Shown piece after piece: positions 21,702-35,692 of a stretch of 64,000 bases of DNA. Each line of letters starts with the position of its first letter. Within the stretch, counting starts at the first letter, position 1. Source of the DNA: Lingula anatina (lineage: Eukaryota > Animalia > Brachiopoda). Made by a program: the position numbers and the translations under genes. The stretch lies in contig CM120641.1 of the NCBI GenBank assembly GCA_051362555.1, positions 43,530,401 through 43,594,400 of the forward strand. The letters are read 5' to 3'. The notes beneath the pieces were generated by a model. It did not search any database and was not told where the DNA came from. It worked only from the letters and a program-made list of their open reading frames with translations.

Positions 21702-22865
21702 TAAGTACAGGTCAGATTTCTTGCCGTTCATAGTTGTCTTGTGTCAGTTTTTAAGGTTAGGAGGGCTCTTTTGGGTCAATTTTGAATCACCCTTGAAATT
21801 AGGAAGCCGTTTACATCTCATAAGGATGTAGTCGGCTCTTGGCCACGGGGAAATCCTGTCGGCAACGGACCTGCCGCTATTTTTGGTAAAATGTGATTGT
21901 CGGAAGTGAAGTCCGATGCCAGAATGGACTAGACGAACTAACTCTTTCATTGCAATTGATATCTCAGTCTGTGCCATTCGAAGCTGACGTTTTTGTAAAA
22001 TTTCATTCAGAGCTCAGATGGACAATAGGGCTTTTGCAGCTAGATGACTAGATGCTGACTTCTTTGTTTACTGTAGAGCTTGCTTTCCAGAATTCTTTTT
22101 TTTTTTTTAGCTATTCACCTGGTTTCAATAGATCTACTGACAAAAATGTTGTTGAAGGGGATGATGGAATCGGAGGAAAAGGCAAAACTTAATTGAAAGA
22201 TATTCAGGAAGCACTCAGATAATCTATCTGAACAAATACATGGTATGTCTCATTTTATTTCAACAAAATGAATGAGAGAATAAGTACCAATTAGAAAGGC
22301 ACTCAGAGAGCACAGACCTGCCCAGGCCACTCAATTCTCATTTCTATTAACTGTTTATTAATTAGTTAATCAATTAAGTTAATATTTTACTTTTCATCAT
22401 AATTAATAAGTTATTATTATTAATTAAATTTTCACATTTCATTCCAGCTTCAAGTACCAATTAAGTGGTCATCAATGAAGCCTTTGGAAATTATTTGGGT
22501 AATGTGAATTTGTCTATATATTAGCCATTTTCTTTAATTTTTGATTTTTTCCTTCACAAATGAAGTTCACCAATTTCCATCTCCATATTAAAATAAGAAA
22601 CTCGGATCACATAAACTGGTTTATGAGCAGTTTTGGCAATGAAGTACCTTGGTGATAAATTGTTGACATTTTCCCCCCAATAAATTTCATCTATATAGAG
22701 GTAAAAGACTCATAGCATGGTTTTTAAAGCCTATAAATGTTGCTTCATGTATCTATTCTAGAACAAAGCTGTTCAACTTGATGTAAGTATAACAATTTGG
22801 AATGTGTCATGAGTGTGTAACTGTGTTTGTCATATATTGATTGCAAAGATTTTTTATTATTTCAG

Positions 22866-25800
22866 TGTCTACTATATAATTTCTATTTTGCTGTTTTAAT
22901 CCATGACCCAGCATGTGGTAAGTAACAGTCTCTCTCTCTCCCTCTCCATTATTATTGTTTAACCTATTGTATTTGTTTATCTATTTCCAAGACAACATCA
23001 ATGCTAAATCAATGTAAAAAAGTAAACCTTAAGGTAGTAAAAGTGAAGAAATGGGTAATTTAATGAGTACTCCCATGGTTCCTGGTATGAAAAAACTGAA
23101 TATTTTCTTTTATATCTTGCAGCTGGAAATTGCCCAGAGCCCCATATAGAACATGGCCAAATCACGAACCCCAAGGAAGTTTACACTCGTGAGACAAGTA
23201 TATACATAATAGCAAATGAAGGATACCGCTTGGTTGGAAACCCTGTTGTAGTCTGCGATAATTTTGATCTTTGGACTAGGCTACCAACCTTTACAGGTAC
23301 CAAATATGCTACAATGCTTTTTATGCATTGTTTACAGACATAAATTTTCTATGCAAGATGACACTACCCATGGAAGCACACATTTTTATAAAAAGTATAC
23401 TGTACGTATCTGAAAATGTCATAGTCATATTTTTCATACAAATCCTGCAAAGCTACTATCCTTTTGGAATTCAGACCTAGAAAACTACAAAACCCATCCT
23501 TCATTTAAATTTTAAATGACTGACAAGTCCTGTAGAACTTAATCTTTAGTTAAAATTAAAAATGGAATAAACCACTGAGTTTAAATACATACATGTATTC
23601 AATCGCATAGAGCAATGATTTATGAGAAGGAGAAAATTGCTTTTTTCCTGAAGTAAAATTCATTTTAGTTGGTAAATCCTGTAGATCTATTGAGTACCTT
23701 TAACTTAAAAATTATTTAAATGTTATATTATGATTATGTACTTTTCAGTACTGCCATGTGTCAAACCCCAGCCATTTGCTAATGGTGAGATAGTAACCCC
23801 AGAACCCTACGTTCGTAATCAAACTGTACTGGCTCAGTGTGCACCTGGCTATGTGGCTGAGAATGGTCTGCAGAATGTTTATGTCACATGTTATATTAAT
23901 GGAACTTGGGATCCCATGCCTATCTGTTCAGGTACTTTGTGCTGTTGTTGAAAGTGCAAAACTTTGATTTTTATAATTTTGGAAATTGAAATTTGGAAGT
24001 CCTTAAGAATACTGTTTTTTTATTATAAAGGTAGGTGTACCAACTTATAATAAACCCCTATTCCTCAAGAACCAACCATCCTATTGCTCTGCTCCATTTT
24101 TGACTGCGATATGCAGGTATAGACCAGATAACAGGCCTTTGACAGAAGCTACACCATTCTACATGGTACAAATGGAACATTCATGCTTGTTTCAAAGCCA
24201 TTACCTGCATGCGTCAATTGTTACCATAACTACGTATACACCTTCCTTTATAAAACTGTGCCATTCACATTAAAATGAATGTCCACAGTTATTATGGTTT
24301 TAATTGAAAAAGTGGTGGTGCTCTTAATAAAACAAATATAAAAAATTTTGTGCATTACTTTTATTTCTTAATTGATTGTTCCCCTTTTAAGACTGCTTTT
24401 ATGTTATGTACTTTACTTTATGCCAGTTTAAACACATTTTGTATGTCTGTCCTAATGACAGTTTTGCTGCTGGTTTCTATTAAGAAATTTTGACACTCAG
24501 GCTTAGTGCTCCCTTCAATTTTTTTTTCAAATTGGGGTATTTCATACAAAAACCACACTGTTATTTGACTTCTCTTTGTAGCACCACCAGATCTTTCCGG
24601 TAGGTACTAGTATGCAATTCTCAGGTAAAGAGTCTATATTATAAGGAGTGGGTGACATCCATGAGCCTATCTGGCTGTCTGTCAGTGCCTGTTTGTCTGT
24701 CTGTTAACAAATTTGTTAAAAGTTTCACACGTTTATATCTTTCATGACTCTAAGGAGTATTGCACCCAGATGGAACCAGAAATTTGTGTTAAGGAAAGAT
24801 TGAGCTGGGTCGTTGATTTACATTTTTGATACATGCAGTTCAGCAAGGGTCAACAATCAAAACCATGAATAAAAGTGTGTTTAATAAAGATGAGATATGT
24901 TCAGGATTTAAAAGAAAGAGTCATATAATTTTTTCATCATAAATGATGTACTTCTTAGGATAGAAAAATAAATAATAAATAGAATGTTTGTCTATTTCAG
25001 CCACATATCGCTGTGGAGTGAAGCCTAACGAAGTAATAATGCTAGTAAAAAATAACAATAACTACCAGGATGCTTACATACCTGGTTATAAAGATGATAA
25101 CAGTTGTCAACCAGATATTAGTAGGACACCAGGAGGCTGGACGCATGTGACATTTAGACTGGCAGAAGGAACTTGTGGAATGGTGACAAAACCAGTAAGT
25201 GATGCCTATTTTTCCATACAGGTTATTTTTGAAAAAAACTACAGGCAGTTTGTCCTCAAACTTTTGGGGGTCCCACTAGCTTTGATGGCATAAATCCATC
25301 GGTGAATACATTCTTTCACCATATCCCTACTTTATCTCAATTTATTTCTGGTGTTCTTTATCAAGCTCAAAAATCATACATTAAAAAATCTAGCACCTAA
25401 AACTAAGGAAAATTAACAGTTTATATAACTGAAGTGTGAATATCAATTAAACCATACTTTCTCTGTTTAAATATGTGTAAAAAAACTGCTGGTTTTTAAG
25501 GCTATGACAGATGGAAACTACAAAGGGTAATACATTTTCAGAATGGTTTAAAAACATGGAGTGTTTTAGCCACATACAGCCTTCTTATAGAGCAACACAC
25601 TGATGTTGAATTCACCACAAATCCAGGGTGTAATTTCACTGCAGAAGAGACAGAATTTGTAGAACTAACATCAGTTCGTGTGCAGAACATGTATGTACAA
25701 TTAAATTTTCTTGTTATAGAAAATTTTGTTTTAATTAAGTGATACTCTTGATTATAAAAGAATGTACAGATGTTTGTATATGGGCCAATATGCCACAGTT

Positions 25801-28800
25801 GAAATTCAAATTCCAGCAGATTTGTAGTCAGCCTAGGAAAGTAACATATATTTAATATTTTACGTCTGCCTATAGTAATATTTGTTGCTTTATCACATTT
25901 GATAATTTTCTCATGGTTATGTACGTCGTACATTTAGTAGCTTTGCTGTAGTAAATTTTTTTGCTATACAGAGCTTACATCTTTTCTTGGCATTGGTTTC
26001 TTGGTACTGAAGGGACTCTGGTTTTCTGTATATTTATTCTTTCCATTTGTCATTGCTCCTTGAAAAGTTTAAAAGTGCGATTTCATTTTTATTTAGGATT
26101 CTTGCATGGACAAACTACACATCTCTTAATAAATAATTAAAGTAACTCAAATTAAGCTTCCTTCAACAAGAAACATACACTTTGAATTCTTCATGAATAA
26201 ACCCAAAACATCCATAAGTATCTTACCCATTCATTTCATCTACTTTCACATTAATTACAACTGAGACCCTCAGATAGACACATTGTACTAGTTAGGTCAG
26301 TTCAACTGTTTGGGAATTCTTGCTAAGTGCATTCATTGGAATCAGCCTAATTGTCTGACATGCCTCTTTCAGCAATTTGGGGGTAATTAAGCCAGGAACA
26401 CATGAAAGTAATTACCCCTGATCAAGCTGCTCAAGGAGGCGTGTCATTAAGTAAAGCAGAATGCACTTATTGAGAGCACCCCCCCCCCCCCCCGAGTTGG
26501 ACCGCCCCAACTTGTACCCTGTGTCTATCTGAATGCTCCCTGAGACAAGCTGTGGTTTTTGTTTTCAAGTACTTTCCTGTATCTTAAATTATATCAGCTC
26601 TCGTGGTGGAGATAGATTTATACTGGAAACGGGACCATCTCTTAGGTAATTATGTTTACTAGTGGTAATTTAGTTGTCTCGTCTAGTATTAATGGACACT
26701 GTTCTTGAGGTATTGTTGAAAGTGTTTTATAAGAGTTTGAAAAATGAATAAGTGCATGTGTGTAAAATGTGTGTACAAGAGTGACATCAAGAGTGCATGA
26801 TAAGATAAAAGCAAAACAGCAGGGAAAAATAACAATGAAATAGTATTCTCTAGTACATGTTCTATAATTGGAAATGGCATGATATCCCTGCCATTTGATT
26901 TACCTGGCATTTTATCAGTTTTTTCCATAACTTTGAAAAATTATTAAATTTTTTATAACAGCACCTTCCAACAAGGAGTTGCTAATATAGCAGGAGAAAC
27001 TGTAACTATGGTAATGAAAAAAGCAAGCGATGGGAATGACACCAAAAGTTGCTACCTTGGCGAAGAGGTTCTGCTTGCCATGACCCTGACAGAATCAGAC
27101 AGTAATCAAGCCCATTCATAAGGCCATTTAAAAAATAATGCAATACATACATTTTTTATTTAATATCCTTTTACAAATTTCTGTATTGTTTGATCTCAAT
27201 GAAATCCATCCATAAGGCTATTATGAGCTTTCCTTGGATACCTCAAATACCGAGTTTTTATTTTGAATAAATGCAGTTTAAATATTTAAACCTTTGCATG
27301 TTTTATTCTTAATATGCAAATAAATCACAAAAATTACTGCTCTGCTGTAAAGTGAAAGTTCCATTACAAATGATATTATGTAAAAATATTGCCTGATATC
27401 TTTTTTTTTTGCAGCTGCCTGGGGGATCAAAGTTTATCAGTGTATTGTAAAAGCAACAGGAGATTCACCAAATAATGAAACATTTGTTCTTTTGAATGAT
27501 GAAGGGTAAGTTTATTGTACCACCAGCGTTAGCGCTGGCGATACACATGGTTTTAGTCCCGTCCGGTCCGTTCCGCCGGCTCCTGCGGCTCCGCCGCCAT
27601 GTCATCGTTACCGCTTCTCCTCCTAGACGGTAAGGCCCCCTATACCCATCTCTTGGATTTAGGTCACCTATAATCTCAACTCGTTCCACGTAAAATTTGG
27701 GCTTTGTCGGTATTGGGGTCTAGGTGTGGCATTCATTGCAATGCACCCTTGTCCAAAAATGGCAAAATTAAATGCTAATTATCTACCCTACGGAAGGAAT
27801 TATGGGAAAAATTTCTACAGACGGCTTTCCAAAAGTCATATGTGTAGATTTCAAATATGCCCTTGGATTTGACCTTTGACCTTAATTTCAAGGTCAAACA
27901 GGCCAAATTTTTCAAAAAAATGAATTTTTTTACGAAAAAAAAATTATTTGCGCTGTTATTCAGACACCACACAGACTTAACCATTAATATTATTGGAAAA
28001 TGATACCCTTCAGGTTATCTTTCATCTCCGTGAATTTGGGGTCAATCAGTGCATTTTAACGGGAGTAGTGGCCATAAGATACCGAAACTGAAAACTGTCT
28101 CTAATTCGGGAACCGTTAATGCTAGAGACCCATTCTTTTTTGCATTTTGTAGAGCATGTAAAGCCCAACACTGGAGGTGGTCTCCGTTTTTTTGTATTCC
28201 ATACAGTTTTCGAGCTACGCTGTATCAAAAAGTACATATTGGTGGTGAAAGCAAAATGTGCAGTACGGTAATGGATAATAAATTTTGAACTCTGGAAAAA
28301 TAAAACATAAGGCTTGGCAAAGCAGACAACTTGTGGTCAAAAATGACATTATTTCATCAAATTTGAACTTCTGGAACTTCAGAGCACCTGCCATTTCAAT
28401 AATTTCGACCAAAATGACCTTTTCTTTATTTTAATTAATTTTTTCTGTAGGAAATTTATGGCACATTAAGGTAACTCCAAAATTATAACATTTAGTCCCT
28501 TATATCTCCAAAACTGGCAGAGATAGGTCCATAGTTACTATTGAACTTGAATAGGAAGTCATATACTGCCAATCTAAATGTGACCTTGAAATTGACCTTT
28601 GACCTACTTTTCACCATGAACTGAACTTTGCAAATTTTGCTTCCCTTTTATCTCCAAAACTGGCAGAGATAGGTCCATAGTTTCTATTAAACTTGAATAT
28701 GAAGTCATATACTGGCAATCTAAATGTGACCTTGAAATTGACCTTTGACCTACTTTTCACCATGAACTGAACTTTGCAAATTTTGCTTCCCTTTTATCTC

Positions 28801-31800
28801 CAAAACTGGCAGAGATAGGTCCATAGTTACTATTGAAGTTGAATAGGAAGTCATATACTGGCAATCTAAATGTGACCTTGAAATTGACCTTTGACCTACT
28901 TTTCACCATGAACTGAACTCTGCTAATTTCTTTCTCTTTTAACTCCAAACCTGGCAGAGATAGGTCCATAGTTACTATTGAACTTGAATAGGAAGTCATA
29001 TACTGGCAATCTAAATGTGACCTTGAAATTGACCTTTGACCTACTTTTCACCATGAATTAAACTTTGCAAATTTTGCTTCCCTTTTATCTCCAAAACTGG
29101 CAGAGATAGGTCCATAGTTTCTATTGAACTTGAATATGAAGTCATATACTGGCAATCTAAATGTGACCTTGAAATTGACCTTTGACCTACTTTTCACCAT
29201 GAACTGAACTTTGCCAATTTTGCTTCCCTTTTATCTCCAAAACTGGCAGAGATAGGTCCATAGTTACTATTGAAGTTGAATAGGAAGTCATATACTGGCA
29301 ATCTAAATGTGACCTTGAAATTGACCTTTGACCTACTTTTCACCATGAACTGAACTCTGCTAATTTCTTTCTCTTTTAACTCCAAACCTGGCAGAGATAG
29401 GTCCATAGTTACTATTGAAGTTGAATAGGAAGTCATATACTGGCAATCTAAATGTGACCTTGAAATTTACCTTTGACCTACTTTTTATCATGAATTGAAC
29501 TTTGCAAATTTTGGTTCCCTTTTATCTCCAAAACTGGCAGAGATAGGTCCATAATTACTATTGAACTTGAATAGGAAGTCATATACTGGCAATCTATTAC
29601 TGTGACCTTGAAATTGACCTTTGACCTACTTTTCACCATGAACTGAACTTTGCAAATTTTGCTTCCCTTTTATCTCCAAAACTGGATAGGACCATAGTTT
29701 TTATTGAACTTGAATAGGAAGTCATATACTGGCACATATTGGTGGTGAAAGCAAAATGTGCAGTACTGTAATGGATAATAAATTTTGAACTCCAGAAAAA
29801 TAAAACATAAGGCTTGGCAAAGCAGACAACTTGTGGTCAAAAATGACATTATTTCATCAAATTTGAACATCCGGAACTTCAGAACACCTCTTATTTCAAG
29901 AATTTTGACCAAAATGACCTTTTCTTTATTTTAATTAATTTTTTAGGTAGGAAATTTATGGCACATTATGGTAACTCCAAAATTAAAACATTTAGTCCCT
30001 TATATCTCCAAAACTGGCAGAGATAGGTCCATAGTTACTATTGAAGTTGAATAGGAAGTCATATACTGGCAATTTTACTGTGACCTTGAAATTGACCTTT
30101 GACCTACTTTTCACCATGAACTGAACTTTGCATATTTTTCTTCCCTTTTATCTACAAAACTGGCAGAGATAGGTCCATAGTTACTATTGAACTTGCATGG
30201 AAAGTCATATACTGGCAATCTAAGTGTGACCTTGAAATTGACCTTTGACCTACTTTTCACTATGAACTGAATTTTGCAAATTTCTTTCTCTTTTATCTCC
30301 AAACCTGGCAGAGATAGGTCCATAGTTACCATTAAAGTTGAATAGGAAGTCATATACTGGCAATTTACTGTGACCTTGAAATTGACCTTTGACCTACCTT
30401 ACGATGAACTTAACTTTGATTGTACCATTTTAAGTTATATATATTTTTTGCATATTTTGAAAATTCTTGTTGATTGCATTTTTACAGCTTGTCAAGCATA
30501 AGACTGGTGGCTGTGTCCCTTCTTTTGTGTATGTGGGGGTCTATACGAATGCGCTTGCTCCAGCTGGTGGTACAATATTCGGAGGCGGTATCGCCTCTCT
30601 GATCCTCTAGTTGAATTAAATTAACGGCAACTTTATGAAACTCTACAAGTAAAAATTGTAAAATGGTTTTATTCTTTAAGTTATTTTAATATTGAGAAAT
30701 ATTCAAAATTCTTTAAGTTATTAAATATTCAAATGTTTTCTTGGAAGTAATTTCAAGTTGTTTAGCAACAAGTAAACAAAGATTCCCATTTTTCATATTT
30801 CTGTAAAAGTTTGTGGCTGAAATATCAATGTTATGTCTAATATTTTTACAGCTGTCCTGATGATGGGCAATTCATAGATGCCCCATTTCACGGCCAGCTG
30901 GGCCAAGGAAAAACTATTGAAAGTGGTTCATTCAAGTGTTTCAAATTTCCAGAAAAAGAAACACTATATTTCAACTGTGAGATTGGATTTTGCACCTCAC
31001 AACATCAAAGGTGTTATCTGGTAAATTCTTACTTGAATGCATTTGTAACATTAAGCGTTATTATCACCAAATAATTTGGCAACCCATGGAGAATTGTATA
31101 TATTAAATACACATGTAAAGACATATTGGCATAGTCAGATAAAATTACTGAATGATGAAAATAAGATAAATTCTGACTTTATGACATTATACCAGTTGTC
31201 AAGAGTATAACCATTAATCATTAGCTTTCTGAAATGGACAGTTGTAGCCAATGGACAGTTGTAGCCTTGGCTACGAGTTATAGCCAAGGCAATTGGAAAA
31301 ATTATCACAGAATAATTCACCCAGTTTTGCTCTAGTTTAAAGACTCAGAAATTTAATTTGTGAAAATGACATTTGCATTGTTTTACATAAGATATTTGAA
31401 TGTCTGTCCTTAAATCATTATCAAATGCACGATATTGAGTTTATATGTAACTTTTTTCAGGGTCCTGACAGCTGTCCATTCCATGAGAAAAGGATTTCTT
31501 TAGCTGACAGGAAAAAGAGATGGGTGACCAAGGAAAACGTGCATTTTGCTATTAGCTTACAAGTTTCTGTCACCAAAAATCCTAGCATAAATGTTTTCAG
31601 TAACAATGAAGGTAATAAGAGACTTATGAACACTATCAGGTGCCTTGTAACCTAATTTTTCCCAATTCTCAAGTATAAAAATTAAGTTAAATGCGTCTTC
31701 TTTGTAACTATTTAATAAATGAAATGTTACAAATCTTTCAGGGACCATATTTTAAAAGACAGATGGTCTTCTGTGAAAATAACTAAAACGAGTATTTTTT

Positions 31801-31995
31801 ATTACAGAAAAAATGACGGTTAGACCAAAATCCAGAATGTCAACAATTTTCACAGTCTCAACTATTGCCGTGGTGTGTCTCATTCTAACAGCAGGAATCA
31901 TTATTGTCATCGCCATACCTCTACGAAAGTGTAGAATTTTGCCAGCCATTAGAAACAGATGTTCCAATACAGCAATCTCAGGGTCATTGCTATAG
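22866..31995 (+). CDS. Sushi(CCP)x2 + ZP-domain type I membrane protein, copy 2 (start codon exon unresolved)
   Basis: Exons 22866-22917, 23123-23296 (2-Cys CCP-like), 23749-23931 (CCP), 24582-24599, 25001-25194, 25542-25690, 26598-26645, 26962-27101, 27415-27505, 30852-31020, 31461-31611 (furin site RKKR), 31808-31995 (TM). All GT-AG, same phases as copy 1, no internal stop seen. Confidence 0.87.
27512..30612 (+). mobile_element. Helentron-associated (HINE/Pearl-like) element carrying a central satellite array
   Basis: Subterminal inverted repeat attgtaccaccagc (27514) / gctggtggtacaat (30563-30576); 5' hairpin ccagcgttagcgctgg and GTCC-type microsatellite; 3' hairpin gaggcggtatcgcctc then ctagtt. 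Inserted in a T-rich site; empty site gcaagtttattgaattaaa at 44862. Confidence 0.88.
28501..30412. repeat. 146-bp tandem (satellite-like) array, about 8 + 3 units, inside the HINE element
   Basis: Unit tatctccaaaactggcagagataggtccatagttactattgaacttgaataggaagtcatatactggcaatctaaatgtgaccttgaaattgacctttgacc..; tctcca at 28505, 28651, ... The array is interrupted at ~29733-30000 by a copy of the pre-array segment 28233-28500. Confidence 0.95.
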
Positions 31996-32070
31996 CAAAA
32001 CTGTTCGCATTAAAGTCCTAGAACTCTCACAATAAATAATGTGAATTAATGGTCTTTGGAGAGAAAATAG

Positions 32071-32103
<33 letters not shown>

Positions 32104-32854
32104 CAAGATATCCACCATGGGCTCATTTGAAATGGGATGTTCCCTTTGTGCTAATCCAAATTCTTGCAGGATCAAGGTCTTCATGTCTATAGCCTACCTG
32201 ATACATAATTTTGGGTTAAATATTTGACTTGCATACACCAATGTTACATCATAAAGCACAAAGTGACTTTAAACTCCATCCATATGCTCCACCCTTGTTA
32301 ACCCAACAGTTTTATACAGGGACGACCAACAATTGTTGACTTTTCTTTTCAGATCTTTAAATTACTTGAAAAATGAGAACAAACACAAGAGTCAGTATGT
32401 AGCACGGTCAGTATGTGCCACCTTCTATGATGTATTGCATTTTTGTGGGATGTGTGAAAATAAATAATTGCTTATGAAAGAACATGGTCATATTCATTTC
32501 ATTCTTGGGAAATGTCAAGAAGAGGTAAAACTAAGGATATGATGACAAAAAATACAGCTTATACTTCTGTAATTTTTTCTATGCTATTTTGTACAAAATA
32601 ACTTCTAGTAAGTTTATGATATTAAAGATGGAAATTTTAAATCAAAGATTGATTGAATTAAATGTTTGTTTGGGGATATATCTTGTACTATTCCATCAAG
32701 CTGACAAGTTTTATAATTGGCAGCCATTAAGTATATACCAATTATACATATCCTGGCCAAATTTTTGCCACTTATGGGAGAGATTTGCAAACAATTGAGG
32801 TACTATCAGACACATAATGCTACCAGTTCATAAGTATTATGAAATAAAGACGCA

Positions 32855-33000
32855 TTTGTTTCTTTGATTGGCGGTGTGTATGCCACTGTGACGCCTGACA
32901 CCGAGCTTGGCTTTTCTCTCTCTCATTCAATTCTCCGACACCAGCTCTATCCCTACCGAGTTTTAGAATATAGTAGTGGCATTAGTTTTTTCCATTCCAT
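32855..33000 (-). pseudogene. UBA5: Second decayed UBA5 exon fragment
   Basis: Near-identical to 16605-16750 with the same deletions; aligns to UBA5 exon 48506-48621 and adjacent intron. Confidence 0.88.
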
Positions 33001-35385
33001 TCCATCCCTCTCTCATGCCTGTTCTTAAACTCAACTACCATGAATTATTGTATTTGAATTAAAGCACTGACAGTCTGTGAGTCATGCAAAGAATCTGTTC
33101 GCGCTATCTGATTCCACTCAGGTTCTTCTCTCCACTCCCTAGCCGTACACTTTTCCATATGCCCAAACGAAGTCTGTGAAATGCTGCAATTTACCGAATT
33201 AAGTAAGACGTATTATTCCTGCTTTGATCTCCATATTAAAATTTTACAGCCAAGAACTTTTTAGAAACTAATTTTCTCGACATGAATGGCGGTCAGAGCA
33301 CCTCATCTCTAGTTTCCTATAGAGTGGACAGAAAATGTTTAAATTAATTACATCAATTATTTCTGCCACCTATCGCTGCGGAGTAAATATTCGTAGTAAA
33401 CGACGCTAATAATTACGCAGACACTTAGACCCCATTCCCATAAACACACCTTTGGTCTACGTGGATTGACCCAACTCTGCGGGGTTTCCTGCTAAGTGCA
33501 ATCAGTTTAATTGAATGCCACACCTCTTGCTTTTACCTTGTTCTTATAATCACCAGCTTTTCTGTATTCTTCTTAACGTCAGCAGAGGGAGAGGATAATT
33601 TGTTAAGATGATGAGACTTAGCGAGAGTTCCCGCAGAGTTGAACCGATCCACGTAGGCCGAATTGTCTATGGGAAAGGTCTCTTACATCCTGGATTATAA
33701 AAACGACTCCAACTGTCCACCAGCGTTTACTAGCTCACCATCAAACTGGACTTAAGCAACAGTCACGTTGGCAGAAAACTCCTGTGAACTAACAGATTCG
33801 CGGGTCATATATTGCCAACCCACTTGAAACCTTACCGTCTAATCCCCGCGAGGAATCCATAATTGTCTATTAGGGAATTATGCAGCAAGCTTTCAAGTGG
33901 TTCGGTCATATTTTATCCGTGATCTGTTAGTCCGCGGATCAACTTGTTATGAATGCACCTTTACTTTAGCTGCTGCTTGTGGAAGTGATTGTTGAAACTT
34001 TATGTAGCAATGTTATTTTAAAATTTCGACGGCGTTTATCGTACATCATATTGCTGTGGAAAGATTACGTTGACAAAAGAGCAGAGTATACACAAAGAAC
34101 AGGGGCGCGTTTGCTTGGTTTACAAATGAAGTAGGTAAATCTTTTTTATTATTGTAGCTATATGAGCTATATGAGCACAATTTGAAGGGGGATTTGAAGG
34201 GGGGCGCGAATGCAAACCCGCTGAACGCGGGCGAACGGTGCTAACGAACGAGGGCGAACGGTGCTATTTAATTGGCACGGTTTAGAACTATGATTCAGCT
34301 AGACAAAATTCTAATTTCAGGAGGAGACCGTTGGTGTGGTTTTTTTTAGAAATCGGAGGGGAGGGGGTCAGGACCCCCCTAATCCCCTAAATCCGCCGTT
34401 GATACTACATATTTCCATTTTTTATCAGGCAACTACAAATATTTAGATATAATCTCACAAGATGAATTTGAAAAGGGGGCTTTATACCACAGTCATTCAC
34501 TAATAAGTTGATTAATCAATTTATTAAATCAATTCTCAAAATTATTAATCATTTATTTATCCACTAATTGCTAAATTTTTGATAATTGTTAATTACATAA
34601 CCCATTACAATCAAAATTAAGAAATAAATCGATAGACTTAAACATCTGGCCCATTTCTATCCCGAAATTTCACTAAATTCCCTCCTTAGCTCTTTGCGTA
34701 GTGTTGATTACAGTCGAAGAGATTTAATTACTGCAAATCTACTCGTTTGTTACTTGGTCTCCTCTGGATAGTTTCCGAAAAAATTAGGAAATCAATCCAC
34801 AACTTTTCCAAAGTGTTGCCAAGAGACGAACGGAACCAAACACATGACCTTTTGGGTGAAGGTAATAAAAGATAACTTAAAACTAGGCTACAATCCAATT
34901 TTCTCACAGTGATCGAATACACGGACCCTCAGTTTTTGTTACAACCGTACTCGTGCAGTCTGTTTTTCACAAAACAAATTCAGTTTTTTACAATTTCTAA
35001 ATAAGTAGGGTCTACCTTGAATCATTCACATCGTTTAATATTTGAGAAGGAAATATCGCCATCAGACTCTTTTATTTCAGAGGTCTTATTTGATTTTTAT
35101 GGAGTATGAAATATCAAAAACCAAAATCCTGCATCCGCCACTACATTTTAATATTTCTCTTCCTTTCGGACACTGCCGATGCAACTTTTGCCATGCTGGG
35201 CGCCGGGGCTTCTCGCCTGCGAAAATGTTACATTTAACGCTCACTTACGGTTGTCAACCTGTCCTAGAACATAATGTTTTTCTCTCTTAATAAAAAATGT
35301 TCTAAATCTGTTATGGGACATTATGAAGGACTTCTCAAAAAACAGTTCTCGAACTGTAACATTCATCACAGAACAACATAGGAAC

Positions 35386-35421
<36 letters not shown>

Positions 35422-35472
35422 CCAAATGTTCTAGAATAGATTGAGAACCGTAAGTGAACGTTAAATGAGATA

Positions 35473-35692
35473 AACGGTTTCTTGGAAAATTGTAAACGCC
35501 GTTGTCGCTCTGATTGGTCAGTTTCTTGAGAAGCTATCACTCAGCGCTGTGTATAAATTCACACGCAGCTGCCTTTGCCGCGTTGGGCAAGGAAAGGAGT
35601 GGCTTTAATCAATTTTTGTTGTATTTTGAGGACATAAGATACTCGCAAACAATTCCCATATCAAAAAGGCCAGTAAGGAGCTAGGTAGGTTG
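35473..35692 (+). promoter_or_regulatory. Putative core promoter and non-coding first exon of copy 3
   Basis: TTCTTGGAA 35479-35487, ATTGG, TTCTTGAGAA, TATAAA 35552-35557, donor-like tag/gtaggt. Confidence 0.55.

Noticed and set aside
21207-21733. Overlapping 154-174 aa ORFs as a transposase or novel gene
   Set aside because: They fall in the GC-rich, 31-bp tandem-repeated arm of the Harbinger MITE, are open on both strands and show no DDE or Myb-like motif.
28501-30412. Regular repeats as a CRISPR array, and the repeated 80-aa ORFs (28757, 29194, 30111) as genes
   Set aside because: Monomers are contiguous with no unique spacers, there are no cas genes and the context is eukaryotic. The ORFs are by-products of the 146-bp satellite.
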